DNA of 64,000 nucleotides from an uncultured Candidatus Saccharibacteria bacterium (GTDB lineage Bacteria; Patescibacteriota; Minisyncoccia; Phycocordibacterales; DATGWK01): the NCBI GenBank assembly GCA_964356815.1, contig CAYHIR010000002.1, positions 7,418 through 71,417 of the forward strand, in the 5' to 3' direction. The translations under genes and the position numbers were made by a program. The notes below the pieces were generated by a model. That model did not search any database, had not been told where the DNA came from, and was given only the letters and a program-made list of their open reading frames with translations. Within the stretch, counting starts at the first letter, position 1. Each line of letters starts with the position of its first letter. Positions 40,767 to 50,877 of this stretch are shown here, one piece after another.

Positions 40767-41483
40767 TTATCTCTTTTCGGCTATCACAATGGCATCAGTT
40801 AGGTGTCGGAACGAAAGTGAGATATTAATAAACCCAGACTTCTCCAATAAGTTTATTTGATCACTTTCCGTCATTTTTATTTTGTCATCTTCTAAGTAGT
40901 GTTTTGTCCACTGTTCTGCGAGTTCGGGTTGACCTTTTTGGGTAAAAATTTTAAGAGCCTCTAATTGTGCATCGAGGTCTTTTTTGTGTGCCTCCAAATC
41001 GTTCTGAGCAATCTTATCTCCATTTATAAGCAGCCCTCCCGATTTCATTTTTTCACCAATTTTTCCAAATAGATTTTCTCGATACTCGGGAAGCATGTTA
41101 TGAATCGTAAATACAGAAACAAAAATGTCCAACTCATTTAGATTTTCTATTGCTTCTAGCAGATCAGACTCGATGAAATTAACTCTTTCTCCGTATTCCT
41201 TAAAAGATTCTCGAGCTTGATCCAACAACACAGGTTCATTATCAATAGCAAAAACACGAACTCTCGGATCAATATCTAAAAGAACTTTTGTCGTAAGGCC
41301 GGTCCCACAGCCACCTTCATATACATTAATTGGTCCCAAATAATCACTCGGATAACGAGACTTAATATATTTAGCTAATAGATTTCCTGCCTCTTGCTCA
41401 AAAGCATCATAATAAGGCGCGGCGAGTTTAAACATGTTGTAATCATGTCCGATCGATCCAGAAAATCTTTTATCTTGTTGCAT
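40767..41483 (-). CDS. Class I SAM-dependent methyltransferase
   Basis: YEGGCGTG motif I. Confidence 0.85.
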   Translation of the reverse strand: MQQDKRFSGSIGHDYNMFKLAAPYYDAFEQEAGNLLAKYIKSRYPSDYLGPINVYEGGCGTGLTTKVLLDIDPRVRVFAIDNEPVLLDQARESFKEYGERVNFIESDLLEAIENLNELDIFVSVFTIHNMLPEYRENLFGKIGEKMKSGGLLINGDKIAQNDLEAHKKDLDAQLEALKIFTQKGQPELAEQWTKHYLEDDKIKMTESDQINLLEKSGFINISLSFRHLTDAIVIAEKR

Positions 41484-41487
41484 GGAT

Positions 41488-42189
41488 TTAGAAGAATGCC
41501 AGGAACTCTTTTGTTCGAGCTTCCTTAGGGTCCGAGAGTACTTCCTTACCCCCGATCTCGATTATTCGACCTTTATCCATGAAGACAATTTGGTCACTAA
41601 TACGTTTAGCAAAATGAAGAAGGTGTGTGACGGCCACAATTCCTGTTCCATTTGATCTTAACTTCTCAAGATATTTCACAACCGATTCGATTTGTTCAAT
41701 ATCAAGAGCAGAAGTTACTTCATCCAAAAGTAGGTAGCGTGGCTTAAGAGCTATAGCTCGTGCCAAAGCAGCACGCTGGCGCTGACCTAAAGAGGTTTGA
41801 TTTGGATACCGGTCAATAAAACCTTCCATGCCGAAAGCTGAAATTAATTCCCTAACTTCTGACTCACTTGATTTGTTTGATATGGTTATATTTTCACGCA
41901 AAGTAAGATGCGGCCACAAAAATAGCTGCTGGAAAACCATCGCGACCGATGAAGATGCGTGTGGTGTTAATTCACCATTAATAGGAAAAGAGAATTTTTT
42001 ATCATCAATAGTAATTTCACCTTTATCGGGAAACGCTGAGAATGCCATAACATTCAAGAGAGTTGTTTTACCGGCCCCACTAGGACCGATAAGAGAAGTT
42101 ATGGTCCCTGGCTTTACCTCAATATCCACTGATTCGAGTACAGTGGTCTTTTCTTGATTATATTTAGTAATATTTTTTGTGGTAAGCAT
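41488..42189 (-). CDS. Amino-acid ABC transporter ATP-binding protein
   Basis: GPSGAGKTT, MVFQQ..LWPH, SLGQRQR, LLLDEVTSALD. Confidence 0.9.
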   Translation of the reverse strand: MLTTKNITKYNQEKTTVLESVDIEVKPGTITSLIGPSGAGKTTLLNVMAFSAFPDKGEITIDDKKFSFPINGELTPHASSSVAMVFQQLFLWPHLTLRENITISNKSSESEVRELISAFGMEGFIDRYPNQTSLGQRQRAALARAIALKPRYLLLDEVTSALDIEQIESVVKYLEKLRSNGTGIVAVTHLLHFAKRISDQIVFMDKGRIIEIGGKEVLSDPKEARTKEFLAFF

Positions 42190-42190
42190 A

Positions 42191-42853
42191 TTAGTAATCT
42201 GAAAAATCTCTAGTGAATCGTTTCTTTAAAACAAATGCCGCATAGTTTATCGGTGCAAGAGTTATGATAAAGAAAACGGCAAGTGCTGTATAAATCTCAA
42301 TCGGTTTGTAGATTGCTGCGTTGATATTTTGAGCCACTCGAAGTATTTCTGGTACTGCAATCAAACTTGCAAAGAGAGTAGCTTGAATAATGAATATTTG
42401 GTTTGTCAGCAAAGAAGGAATGATCTGTCTAAAAATCATTGGAAATTGGATCTTATAGAATATCTGTTTTGGTGTTAATCCAGACATTTGTGCGACAAAA
42501 ATATACTGTCTAGGAAAATCCACCAGCACTCCTCGAATAAGCTCGGCAATCGCGGCAATATTAACCAAAGCAAGCGCAAAAACGGCTGTAGAAAAAGCAG
42601 ATATGGAGATCCCAAGAATAGTCTGAAACGGATAGTAAAACCAAAACAAAATTACCAATAACGGAATGCTCGCAAACACGAAAGAAGCGAGCCTAACAAC
42701 TACGCCAAATTCTTTGTAACGTGCACCCAGTGCTCCAAAAAGAATACCGAGGACAATACCAATAGCAGATGTTATCAGGAAAAGCTCAATCGTTACCCAT
42801 AATCCACTTAATAGCTGAGAGTGATAATTAATAATTATGTCGAGAACAGACAT
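42191..42853 (-). CDS. Amino-acid ABC transporter permease
   Basis: GLWVT, IPLLV.LF..YY, AELIRG, IQFP pattern. Confidence 0.88.
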   Translation of the reverse strand: MSVLDIIINYHSQLLSGLWVTIELFLITSAIGIVLGILFGALGARYKEFGVVVRLASFVFASIPLLVILFWFYYPFQTILGISISAFSTAVFALALVNIAAIAELIRGVLVDFPRQYIFVAQMSGLTPKQIFYKIQFPMIFRQIIPSLLTNQIFIIQATLFASLIAVPEILRVAQNINAAIYKPIEIYTALAVFFIITLAPINYAAFVLKKRFTRDFSDY

Positions 42854-42855
42854 TT

Positions 42856-43710
42856 TTATTTCGTGTAAGGTGGAGCAACTTGCAATGCAGTTGGATCATA
42901 CTTTTCGAGAATTTGTTTAACCGTTCCTGTGGTAATAAGCTCCTTTACAACAACATCGAGCATATTTTTAAGATTTGTTTCACCTAATTTAACTCCGATA
43001 GTTATTTCATAAATTCTCACAGGAGTATCAGACACCCTCTTAAGAGTTCCAGGGTTTGCTTTCGAGAATGCGAGAGCTGAAGCTGGTGGAAGAAACGTAA
43101 TATCAGCTTTGTTTGAGATGACTTGCAATGCAAGCTGATCAAAAGGAGCTGTTTGAGGAAGACTAACTCTCTGGGCACTTGAGAAAGTCTCTCTTGCAAT
43201 AGTATCGGCCAGTTCTCCATCGATGGTAGAAATTTTAATCTGGGATGAGTTAATTGCGTCAAGATTGTTATTGAACCTCTGATCATTATTTCTTGCATAT
43301 GCATAGATAGCGTCGTAATAAATTGGAGCACTGAAAGTTATGGCTTTTGAACGATCCGCGCTTGGCCAAAGGCCTGCATATAGATCATAACGACCCGCCT
43401 CAAGACTGGTTGATATAGTTCCGTATCCAGCCTCCTCAACCCACTCAACTTTTACGCCGAGTCTTTTTCCAACATCGTTTGTGAGGTCATAAAGGATTCC
43501 GGAAAGTTCGCCGTTTTTCGGGTCTTTAGCAATATAAGGAGCATAAACGATGTAGCCCGCCTTTAATGTGCCGGATGAGAGAATTTTATTGAAAGCGACA
43601 TCTGATACTGCGTTCTGCTTTGAGCCGCCGCCAAATGCAAGGAGGGACATAAGAAGAGCGACCGCTGCAAGACCAATGCCCACATATGAAAGCGTTTTGT
43701 TATTATTCAT
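42856..43710 (-). CDS. Family 3 solute-binding protein
   Basis: I..SGTLKAG..YAPY, G...DL, LEAGRYD, FS.P; start at ATG 43710. Confidence 0.88.
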   Translation of the reverse strand: MNNNKTLSYVGIGLAAVALLMSLLAFGGGSKQNAVSDVAFNKILSSGTLKAGYIVYAPYIAKDPKNGELSGILYDLTNDVGKRLGVKVEWVEEAGYGTISTSLEAGRYDLYAGLWPSADRSKAITFSAPIYYDAIYAYARNNDQRFNNNLDAINSSQIKISTIDGELADTIARETFSSAQRVSLPQTAPFDQLALQVISNKADITFLPPASALAFSKANPGTLKRVSDTPVRIYEITIGVKLGETNLKNMLDVVVKELITTGTVKQILEKYDPTALQVAPPYTK

Positions 43711-43852
43711 AAACTTATAATTGTATTTTTTATAATGACCTGACACCGAACACCTAATATCCAACAAAATACCATGTTTTTGCAAAATCAGGAAGTTGTC
43801 TGCCCTTAAAACATAATTCTAATTTTCCCCCAACTCTGCTATAGTTTCCTCA

Positions 43853-45880
43853 ATGAAAGAAAGTGGTAAAAATGCCGGGCAGTCGCAAAGTCCACTCCAA
43901 GGCCTAGTATCCGTCAGCTCAAAAGGCATCGGGTATTTTCGTTTGCCGGAGGCGAAGGCGGATGATGAATCTGTCGAGATAGACACAGCCGGGCTCAAAA
44001 CAGCTCTCAATCGCGACCTCGTGGAGATAGTCCTCCATCCTGCCGTAGCTGGCCGAAAGCAGACGGGCGAAGTGGTGAAAATTGTAAAGCGCAATAAGAC
44101 GCGTTTTGTGGGTATTGCTCAGAAAAATGGTGGGCTCTATGTGGTGCCGGATGATCGCCGCATGTATCGCGACATTTTGATTACGGAAAAGGCGGCCGCG
44201 GCGAGTGGTGCGAAAGTTGGCGACAAAGTGCTCGCGCAGATTGTTGATTGGACCGACTCGGCGAAAAGTCCGATGGGTGAAATTGTTTCTGTTATTGGAC
44301 GCGCGGGCGAACACGATGCCGAGATGCGAGCGATCGTTGCTGAAAGCGGTTTTGATATTTCTTTTCCGCCAGAAGTGGAACACGAAGCAGAAACAATTGC
44401 CGCGGAGGAACGCGCCCGCCTCGACGAAGAAGTAAAACTCCGTCGTGATTTCCGCGACATCACCACCTTCACCATCGACCCTGCCGACGCAAAAGATTTT
44501 GACGATGCGCTTTCTGTGCGTGAGTTGAGCGCGGCAGAAGTGGCAAAAAAGTACGCCTCCCGCGGCGAAAATTCTCCCGGAAAAATTTACGAAATCGGCG
44601 TCCACATTGCCGATGTCTCCCACTACGTCCGCCCCGGCACAGCGCTCGACGATGAAGCAATAAAGCGCGGGCTTTCTGTGTATCTCGTTGATCGCACTAT
44701 CCCGATGTTGCCCGAAGTGCTTTCAAACGATCTCTGTAGCCTAAATCCAAATGTCCCCCGCCTATCTTTCAGCGCCGTTTTTGAGATGAACGGAGAGGGC
44801 GAAATTTTAAACGAATGGTTTGGCAAAACGGTCATCAATTCCGACAAACGCTTTAGCTATGAAGATGCGCAGAAAGTCCTCAATGCCGGCGCAGGAGAAT
44901 ATTTCGATGAACTTAGTTTGCTCAATCGCATTGCCAAAAAATTGCAGGCGAAAAAATTTGCGGCGGGAGCGATTGATTTTGAGACGGAAGAAGTGAAGTT
45001 TCGCCTCGACGAGCACGGCGTGCCAATAGAAGTGTATAGAAAAGAGCGACTCGAAACGCACAAACTGATCGAAGAATTTATGTTGCTCGCCAATCGCCGC
45101 GTGGCCGAGCATGTTTTCAAAGCAAATAAAAATAAAGGCGCGACGTTTATCTATCGCATTCACGATTTGCCAAACCCAGACAAAATTGCCGACCTCGAAA
45201 CTTTTCTTAAGGCGCTCGATATTGATCTCGTTGCCGGCGCGAGTGGCAAAAAAGGCAAAGGTTCGGGCAACATCAGCTCAAAAGATATAAATAATTTGCT
45301 CAAACGCATTGAAGGCACACCACACGAGTCGCTTATAAAGACAGCTGCCATTCGCTCGATGGCCAAAGCGATTTATTCTACAAAAAATATTGGTCATTTT
45401 GGTTTGGCTTTTGAATATTACACACACTTCACATCGCCGATTCGTCGTTATCCTGATCTTTTGGTGCATCGTTTGCTTCAACGCGAACTCACGGGCGGCA
45501 AAATCAAGCAAGATGAATTTGCTTTTTATGAACGCATTGCCGCCGACGCCTCTGAAAAAGAAATTTCTGCGTCTGAAGCTGAGCGCACATCTATTAAATA
45601 CAAACAAGTTGAATACATGTCGAAACACATCGGCGAAGTTTTTTCTGGCACGATCACCGGCGTGGCCGACTGGGGCATTTTTGTGGAAGAAAAAAATACT
45701 AAGTGCGAAGGTCTCGTGCGCATGCGCGATCTCGGCAACGACTTTTGGAATCTCGATAAAAAACGCTACGCAGTCATCGGCGAACGCACCAAAAAAACTT
45801 TTTCTCTCGGTGATGAAGTAAAATTTAAAGTTGTTGGTGCGGATTTGGAGAAAAGGATGTTGGATTATGTGTTTGTCTAA
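43853..45880 (+). CDS. rnr: Ribonuclease R
   Basis: TIDPADAKDFDDA, HIADVS, EEFMLLAN, HFTSPIRRYPD, S1 domain. Confidence 0.95.
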   Translation: MKESGKNAGQSQSPLQGLVSVSSKGIGYFRLPEAKADDESVEIDTAGLKTALNRDLVEIVLHPAVAGRKQTGEVVKIVKRNKTRFVGIAQKNGGLYVVPDDRRMYRDILITEKAAAASGAKVGDKVLAQIVDWTDSAKSPMGEIVSVIGRAGEHDAEMRAIVAESGFDISFPPEVEHEAETIAAEERARLDEEVKLRRDFRDITTFTIDPADAKDFDDALSVRELSAAEVAKKYASRGENSPGKIYEIGVHIADVSHYVRPGTALDDEAIKRGLSVYLVDRTIPMLPEVLSNDLCSLNPNVPRLSFSAVFEMNGEGEILNEWFGKTVINSDKRFSYEDAQKVLNAGAGEYFDELSLLNRIAKKLQAKKFAAGAIDFETEEVKFRLDEHGVPIEVYRKERLETHKLIEEFMLLANRRVAEHVFKANKNKGATFIYRIHDLPNPDKIADLETFLKALDIDLVAGASGKKGKGSGNISSKDINNLLKRIEGTPHESLIKTAAIRSMAKAIYSTKNIGHFGLAFEYYTHFTSPIRRYPDLLVHRLLQRELTGGKIKQDEFAFYERIAADASEKEISASEAERTSIKYKQVEYMSKHIGEVFSGTITGVADWGIFVEEKNTKCEGLVRMRDLGNDFWNLDKKRYAVIGERTKKTFSLGDEVKFKVVGADLEKRMLDYVFV

Positions 45881-45988
45881 GCGCACCTTGACAGAAAGAA
45901 TTTCATATGCTAGGATGGATTGGGATTTATTGAGCCATTTTGGTTCAAAATCTGCACATTCCAAACTTCAAACAAAGGGAGATAGGAC

Positions 45989-46516
45989 ATGAATCGCATG
46001 AACCTCGATAGAATGTATCAGATTCTTCAGGAAACCACTGTTCAGCTTCGAAAGGGCGAGGAAATCGAGGGCGACCCGAAACTCGTCGGTGCCGTCAAAA
46101 ACCTCAAAGAGGGCGACGACATCAGCAAACTCCCCGGCGGCGTGGTGCACATCTACGCCATGCCGCACGAGGCAGAAGCGAAGAATGGTGTTGAGAAAGT
46201 GGATTGCCACTTCATCATCATCGGTGTGGACAAAGCCAAAGCGAAGACGCACAAGGACGAACTCGTTGCCATCCTAAAGGACTGGCCCTCGGAAGCACAC
46301 GGTAGCACCATTCCAAAACTGTCGGAGGGTCCGAGCTACATCCATGTCGGTGGTGCGATCGGAAGCCAAGGGGCGGCGTTCCAGTTGTTCGCTCTCGGTA
46401 AGGTTCTCGGTCTCTGGGACATCATCACACCCGCAAAGCTCGGTATCACCGGACCTAATGCGGATCGGATGGCTGGTTCAGGATTCGTGATGATCGACGG
46501 TTTCAAGGCAGCATGA
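45989..46516 (+). CDS. Hypothetical protein
   Basis: TTGACA-N17-TAGGAT (45888-45916), purine-rich SD, terminator AGGCGCAC/GTGCGCCT plus TTT. Confidence 0.75.
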   Translation: MNRMNLDRMYQILQETTVQLRKGEEIEGDPKLVGAVKNLKEGDDISKLPGGVVHIYAMPHEAEAKNGVEKVDCHFIIIGVDKAKAKTHKDELVAILKDWPSEAHGSTIPKLSEGPSYIHVGGAIGSQGAAFQLFALGKVLGLWDIITPAKLGITGPNADRMAGSGFVMIDGFKAA

Positions 46517-46575
46517 CTCATCTTTCTGTTCTATAAATCAACCATAGGCGCACGACTCTCGAGTATGTGCGCCTT

Positions 46576-48885
46576 TTATTTTGCCACCGCGACGGCCTCG
46601 TCAAATTTTATAGAAAGCAATTTTGAAATGCCGGTCGCCATCGTCACGCCATAAAGCACGCCAGCGCGCGACATTGTTTCGCGATTGTGGGTGATAAGAA
46701 TGAGTTGAGAAAGTTTGGAAAGATTTTCGATCATGTCGCCGTATTTGCGCGAATTGGCTTCGTCGAGAGCAGCATCGGTTTCGTCGAGAATAATAAACGG
46801 TGGCGGCTTCACCTGCGACATGGCAAAAATGAGCGCGATGGATGTGAGCGCGCGTTCGCCACCAGAAAGCATCATGAGACCCTTCACCTTTTTCTTCGGC
46901 AAAGAAACACTGATGTCGATGCCGATATCTTCTGCTTCATCGCCTTCCATTTCGCCCATCACACTCGCACTTGCAACACCGCCCGATTCTAAATTTTCTC
47001 CGTCTAAGAGAGACGACAAATCAGTATCGCGCTTTTTGTGCTTCACAGGCCGCGAGACATCGAGCGACGCTGAGCCACCACCAAACATAAGGGTGAAAAA
47101 GTTTTGAAATTGTTTATTTATTTTCTCAATTCCCTCTTTAAATTCTGTTTCGATTTTTTCTTCGAGTTCGTCGATGAGTTTTTTGAGCGACTCCGACGAC
47201 TTTTCCAAATCCTCTATTTCGCGCATTAAAAACGTGTCGCGTTCAGAAACCTCTCTGTATTCTTTGAGAATTTCATCGCTCGATCCGAGGCCGCTGTCTT
47301 CTAAGCGAATTTTTATTTTTTCTATCGCTCGTCGGCGGTCTGCTTGAGCGGCGCGAGATTCGGCGGCACTAGCGACACCCTCGCCCACTGCAATCTCAAA
47401 ATTTTCATAATCCAAAACTTCGCGGCCGATGAGAGCACCGGCTTCGCCGAGTTCACGTTTAAAATCTTCGGTTTCGATTTTGAGTGTCTCTTCGCGAGCA
47501 GAAAAAGTGGCGAGTTCGGCTGTGAGCTGATTTTTCTTGGCGTGAATTTCAAAAACTTTTTTCTCGGCTTCGCGATTGCTGTCTTTTTCTTTTTCAATTT
47601 CATCTTGGAGAGCAGAATATTTGGCGGAAATTTTTACCTCATCGGCAGACAAAGCGGCAGAAATGCGCTCGAGCTCGGCTTTGCGCGCCAAAAGTTTTTC
47701 AATAATTTCTTTTGAGTCGTTTTCTGAAGCTACACCAGCAGACGATCGACTGTGCTCAACAACAAACTTTTTAAACATTTCGCGCACCGTGGAAATGATT
47801 TTTCGCAGAGCATTGATGTCGTTTTCGTTCGCCGCAGAAGTAGTTGCGCTTTCTATTTGCTCGGTGATTTTTTTGAGTTCGGAAAGAGGGACGGTCTGCG
47901 TTTCGCTGGCTTCTGCCATCTCTTTTTGTTTGGCTTGTAAGCGTTTTTCAGCCGAAAGCTCGCCTTCTACCTGGCCGAGCTCGCGAGCACGGGCGTCGCG
48001 TTCGGTGCGGATAGCGCGTAAATTTTCTTCGAGGGCGATTATTTCTTTGCTCTTGGCATCGAAAGTTTTTGATGATTCAAGAATCGTTTTTGCGGCCGCA
48101 AATTCTTTTTCGAGCCTGCGGAGCTCATCTAGTGCAGGCTTTTTTTCGTAATCAATTCGCACCCGCTCGCTGTCGAGAAAAATCTTTTCACGCTTGAAAT
48201 ATTCTTTGTAGAGCAATGCGAGCTGGGATTTTTGTTCTATCGCCTGCTCCACTTTTTCGACCTGTTTTTTGAGAAATTTGAGATGCGGCAAAATTTCGCG
48301 ACGCAAAGATTCTACGGACTTAATATTTTCCTCCGTTTTTTCGAGCTTTCGCTCGCTCTCTTGCCTTTTGTATTGATAAATTTTCAAGCCAAGCGCCTCT
48401 TCGATCATACTTTTGCGCTCTTTTGGATTGGAATTGAGCACGCGATCAGCTTCACCTTGAGAAATAATGTGGTGTCCTGATGGACCAATGTGCGCCACAG
48501 AAAGAAGCTCGATCACATCGCGAAGACGCACCACCGAGCCGTTGATCAAATATTCATTTACACCATCGCGATACACAATGCGCTCCACAGACACTTCGTC
48601 AAAATCAACATTCAAAAAACGGCGAGAATTATCGAAAATGATTTTCACTGCCGCGCGATTGCCGCGTGCTGAGTCGCCGCTACCGTTGAAAATGAGATCT
48701 TCACCTCTCTTACCACGCAAAGATTTTATAGATTGCTCGCCAAGTACAAAACGAAATGCCTCCGCGATATTTGATTTGCCCGAACCGTTTGGACCGACGA
48801 CAGCCGAAATTGGCACATTAAAATGAAGCTCGCTCTTTTTGGCGAAAGATTTGAAACCCGAAATTTCGAGAGACTTTAAGTACAT
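46576..48885 (-). CDS. smc: SMC-family ATPase, short form (769 aa)
   Basis: GFKSF, GPNGSGKSN, ISQG, LSGGE, IILDE.DAALD, ITH; adjacent to rnc. Confidence 0.85.
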   Translation of the reverse strand: MYLKSLEISGFKSFAKKSELHFNVPISAVVGPNGSGKSNIAEAFRFVLGEQSIKSLRGKRGEDLIFNGSGDSARGNRAAVKIIFDNSRRFLNVDFDEVSVERIVYRDGVNEYLINGSVVRLRDVIELLSVAHIGPSGHHIISQGEADRVLNSNPKERKSMIEEALGLKIYQYKRQESERKLEKTEENIKSVESLRREILPHLKFLKKQVEKVEQAIEQKSQLALLYKEYFKREKIFLDSERVRIDYEKKPALDELRRLEKEFAAAKTILESSKTFDAKSKEIIALEENLRAIRTERDARARELGQVEGELSAEKRLQAKQKEMAEASETQTVPLSELKKITEQIESATTSAANENDINALRKIISTVREMFKKFVVEHSRSSAGVASENDSKEIIEKLLARKAELERISAALSADEVKISAKYSALQDEIEKEKDSNREAEKKVFEIHAKKNQLTAELATFSAREETLKIETEDFKRELGEAGALIGREVLDYENFEIAVGEGVASAAESRAAQADRRRAIEKIKIRLEDSGLGSSDEILKEYREVSERDTFLMREIEDLEKSSESLKKLIDELEEKIETEFKEGIEKINKQFQNFFTLMFGGGSASLDVSRPVKHKKRDTDLSSLLDGENLESGGVASASVMGEMEGDEAEDIGIDISVSLPKKKVKGLMMLSGGERALTSIALIFAMSQVKPPPFIILDETDAALDEANSRKYGDMIENLSKLSQLILITHNRETMSRAGVLYGVTMATGISKLLSIKFDEAVAVAK

Positions 48886-48940
48886 CTTTTAAACCGCGTC
48901 GGTGCGACACATTGCCGCACGACGCAGACACATCGCACCG

Positions 48941-49639
48941 CTAAAACTTTTTCGTCGTAAGCGCCTTTTCGGCCGCCGCTTGTTCGGCATCTTGTTTTGA
49001 TTTGCCTTCACCGGTCGCCACGAGTTCACTGCCGAGATACACACCGACGGTAAACTTTTTATCGTGATCAGGACCGGTCTCCTTCATTGTACGATATACA
49101 GGGGTCTGACTGGTAGCATCTTGTGCTTGTTCCTGAAAAAGACTTTTCGAGTCAATCCACTCACCTTTTTTAATAATGTCTTCAATGAGCGGTGAAATGT
49201 TGTCTAAAATAAATTTTTTAACCACGTCAAAACCCTGATCCATATAAATCGCGCCGATTATTGCTTCGAGAGTGTTGGCTAAGATAAATTGACGAGCCCG
49301 ACCTTCGGAATCTTTGGCCTCGCCGCGAGAAAGACGGAGAAAATCATTCACTTCGAGCTCTGTAGCTACGTGTGCGCAAGTGGTGGCATTTACGAGCGCC
49401 GAACGGTAGGCAGTGAGATCGCCTTCGTTGGCCTTTGGATATTTTTTGTAAAGAAAATCGGTAATAACGAGCTCGAGTACTGCATCACCCAAAAATTCGA
49501 GGCGTTCATTATGATCGTTCGCGGTGTCTTTGTTTTCGTTTATAAAAGAGCGGTGCGTAAAAGCCTGCTCTAAAAGAGCCTTGTTTTCAAAAGATATACC
49601 AATCTTTTTTTCAAAAATTCCGAAATCAATCTGAATCAT
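48941..49639 (-). CDS. rnc: Ribonuclease III
   Basis: NERLEFLGDAVL signature plus dsRBD. Confidence 0.97.
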   Translation of the reverse strand: MIQIDFGIFEKKIGISFENKALLEQAFTHRSFINENKDTANDHNERLEFLGDAVLELVITDFLYKKYPKANEGDLTAYRSALVNATTCAHVATELEVNDFLRLSRGEAKDSEGRARQFILANTLEAIIGAIYMDQGFDVVKKFILDNISPLIEDIIKKGEWIDSKSLFQEQAQDATSQTPVYRTMKETGPDHDKKFTVGVYLGSELVATGEGKSKQDAEQAAAEKALTTKKF

Positions 49640-49643
49640 AAAC

Positions 49644-50543
49644 CTATTTTTTCAATAAAATATTTATAGCTTTTGTAACGATCGGTAAAATGTCGTTGTA
49701 AAAATTGAGATCGAGAATGTCGGCGAGCTTAAACCACTTTGCGTCGTCGAGACCACCGTTGCCTTCTTCGAGCTTTAGATCTGTGAACTTTGCTTCGGCG
49801 AGGAAATACATAACGTGCTTTTTCTTTTTGCCAGTTTCAGGATGAAACGCAATGTATTCGTTTTCGCCGAGTTTTTCCTTTATCTCCACATCGAGACCAA
49901 TCTCCTGCTTAAGCTCACGCTTGGTACCGGCATCATCGGCCTCCCCTGGCTCAATATGGCCCTTAGAAAGCGTCCAGTGGCCGAAAACGTCGTGAACGAG
50001 CGCTAGATAAATGTCGCCCTCGTGGTGAGCATATACGATAGCGCCGCCCAATTTTTCCACCGGAAGCTGATCATCGGGCACGTCTTTAAATTTCTTTTTT
50101 TTTGAGACTTCGTTTTTGCCCGGCTCGCCCATTTCCTTATAAACAGCACCGAGCACGCCGTTTACAAACTTACTACTCGTGTCGCCACCAAAAGTTTTTG
50201 CAAGCTCGATAGCTTCGTTGATGGCAACCTTCGGCGGCACTTCTTTATGGTCGGCAAAAATGAGTTCGTACAAGCCGAGTCGAAGAATATTTCGATCAAC
50301 GACAGAAATTTTTTCTAGTGGCCACTCAGGAGCGGCTTTGACAATAATATTGTCTAGATCGGGCTTTTTGCGAAAAACCTGACGCATCAGATTTTCCATA
50401 AAAGAAAAATCGTTCATTCCAGGAGCGAATTCCTGGACGTTTCGAGAAAAAATCTCCATAGCCTCGGCTTCAGTTTTGACGTTGAAGTCGGCTTCGAAAA
50501 GTGATTGTACAACTATAGATCTTGCAAGGTGTCTATTTGCCAT
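49644..50543 (-). CDS. nusB: NusB fused to NUDIX hydrolase domain
   Basis: VDRNILRL..VAINEAIELAK.FG..FVNGVL then GHIEPGE-X7-RELKQEIGL. Confidence 0.9.
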   Translation of the reverse strand: MANRHLARSIVVQSLFEADFNVKTEAEAMEIFSRNVQEFAPGMNDFSFMENLMRQVFRKKPDLDNIIVKAAPEWPLEKISVVDRNILRLGLYELIFADHKEVPPKVAINEAIELAKTFGGDTSSKFVNGVLGAVYKEMGEPGKNEVSKKKKFKDVPDDQLPVEKLGGAIVYAHHEGDIYLALVHDVFGHWTLSKGHIEPGEADDAGTKRELKQEIGLDVEIKEKLGENEYIAFHPETGKKKKHVMYFLAEAKFTDLKLEEGNGGLDDAKWFKLADILDLNFYNDILPIVTKAINILLKK

Positions 50544-50610
50544 CGGCTATTTGAGTATATTTTTTTGACAAGAAACCGAGCGCTTTCCCCTTTTTGGCTT
50601 AGGCTCTCGG

Positions 50611-50838
50611 CTACGCCCTAACCTTGGCCTTCTCCTTAACCTTTTTGGCCTTTTTAGCGAGCTTGGCGGCCATATCTATGACCTTTTTACCCCTATACAT
50701 GCCGCAATTTAAGCAAACCGCATGAGGGAGCTTTGAGGCTTTGCAATTTGTACATGTCAAAAACTGACCAGCCTTTAAAGCGTGATGGGATCGGCGGTTG
50801 CCGGTATGGGATCTAGTTGAACGCATTCTGACTACCAT
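50611..50838 (-). CDS. rpmF: 50S ribosomal protein L32
   Basis: RRSHHAL, CxxC...PHAVCxxCG.YRG. Confidence 0.95.
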   Translation of the reverse strand: MVVRMRSTRSHTGNRRSHHALKAGQFLTCTNCKASKLPHAVCLNCGMYRGKKVIDMAAKLAKKAKKVKEKAKVRA

Positions 50839-50877
50839 GGGTTGGATTGTACACGATTATTTAATAAAGACAATGCT

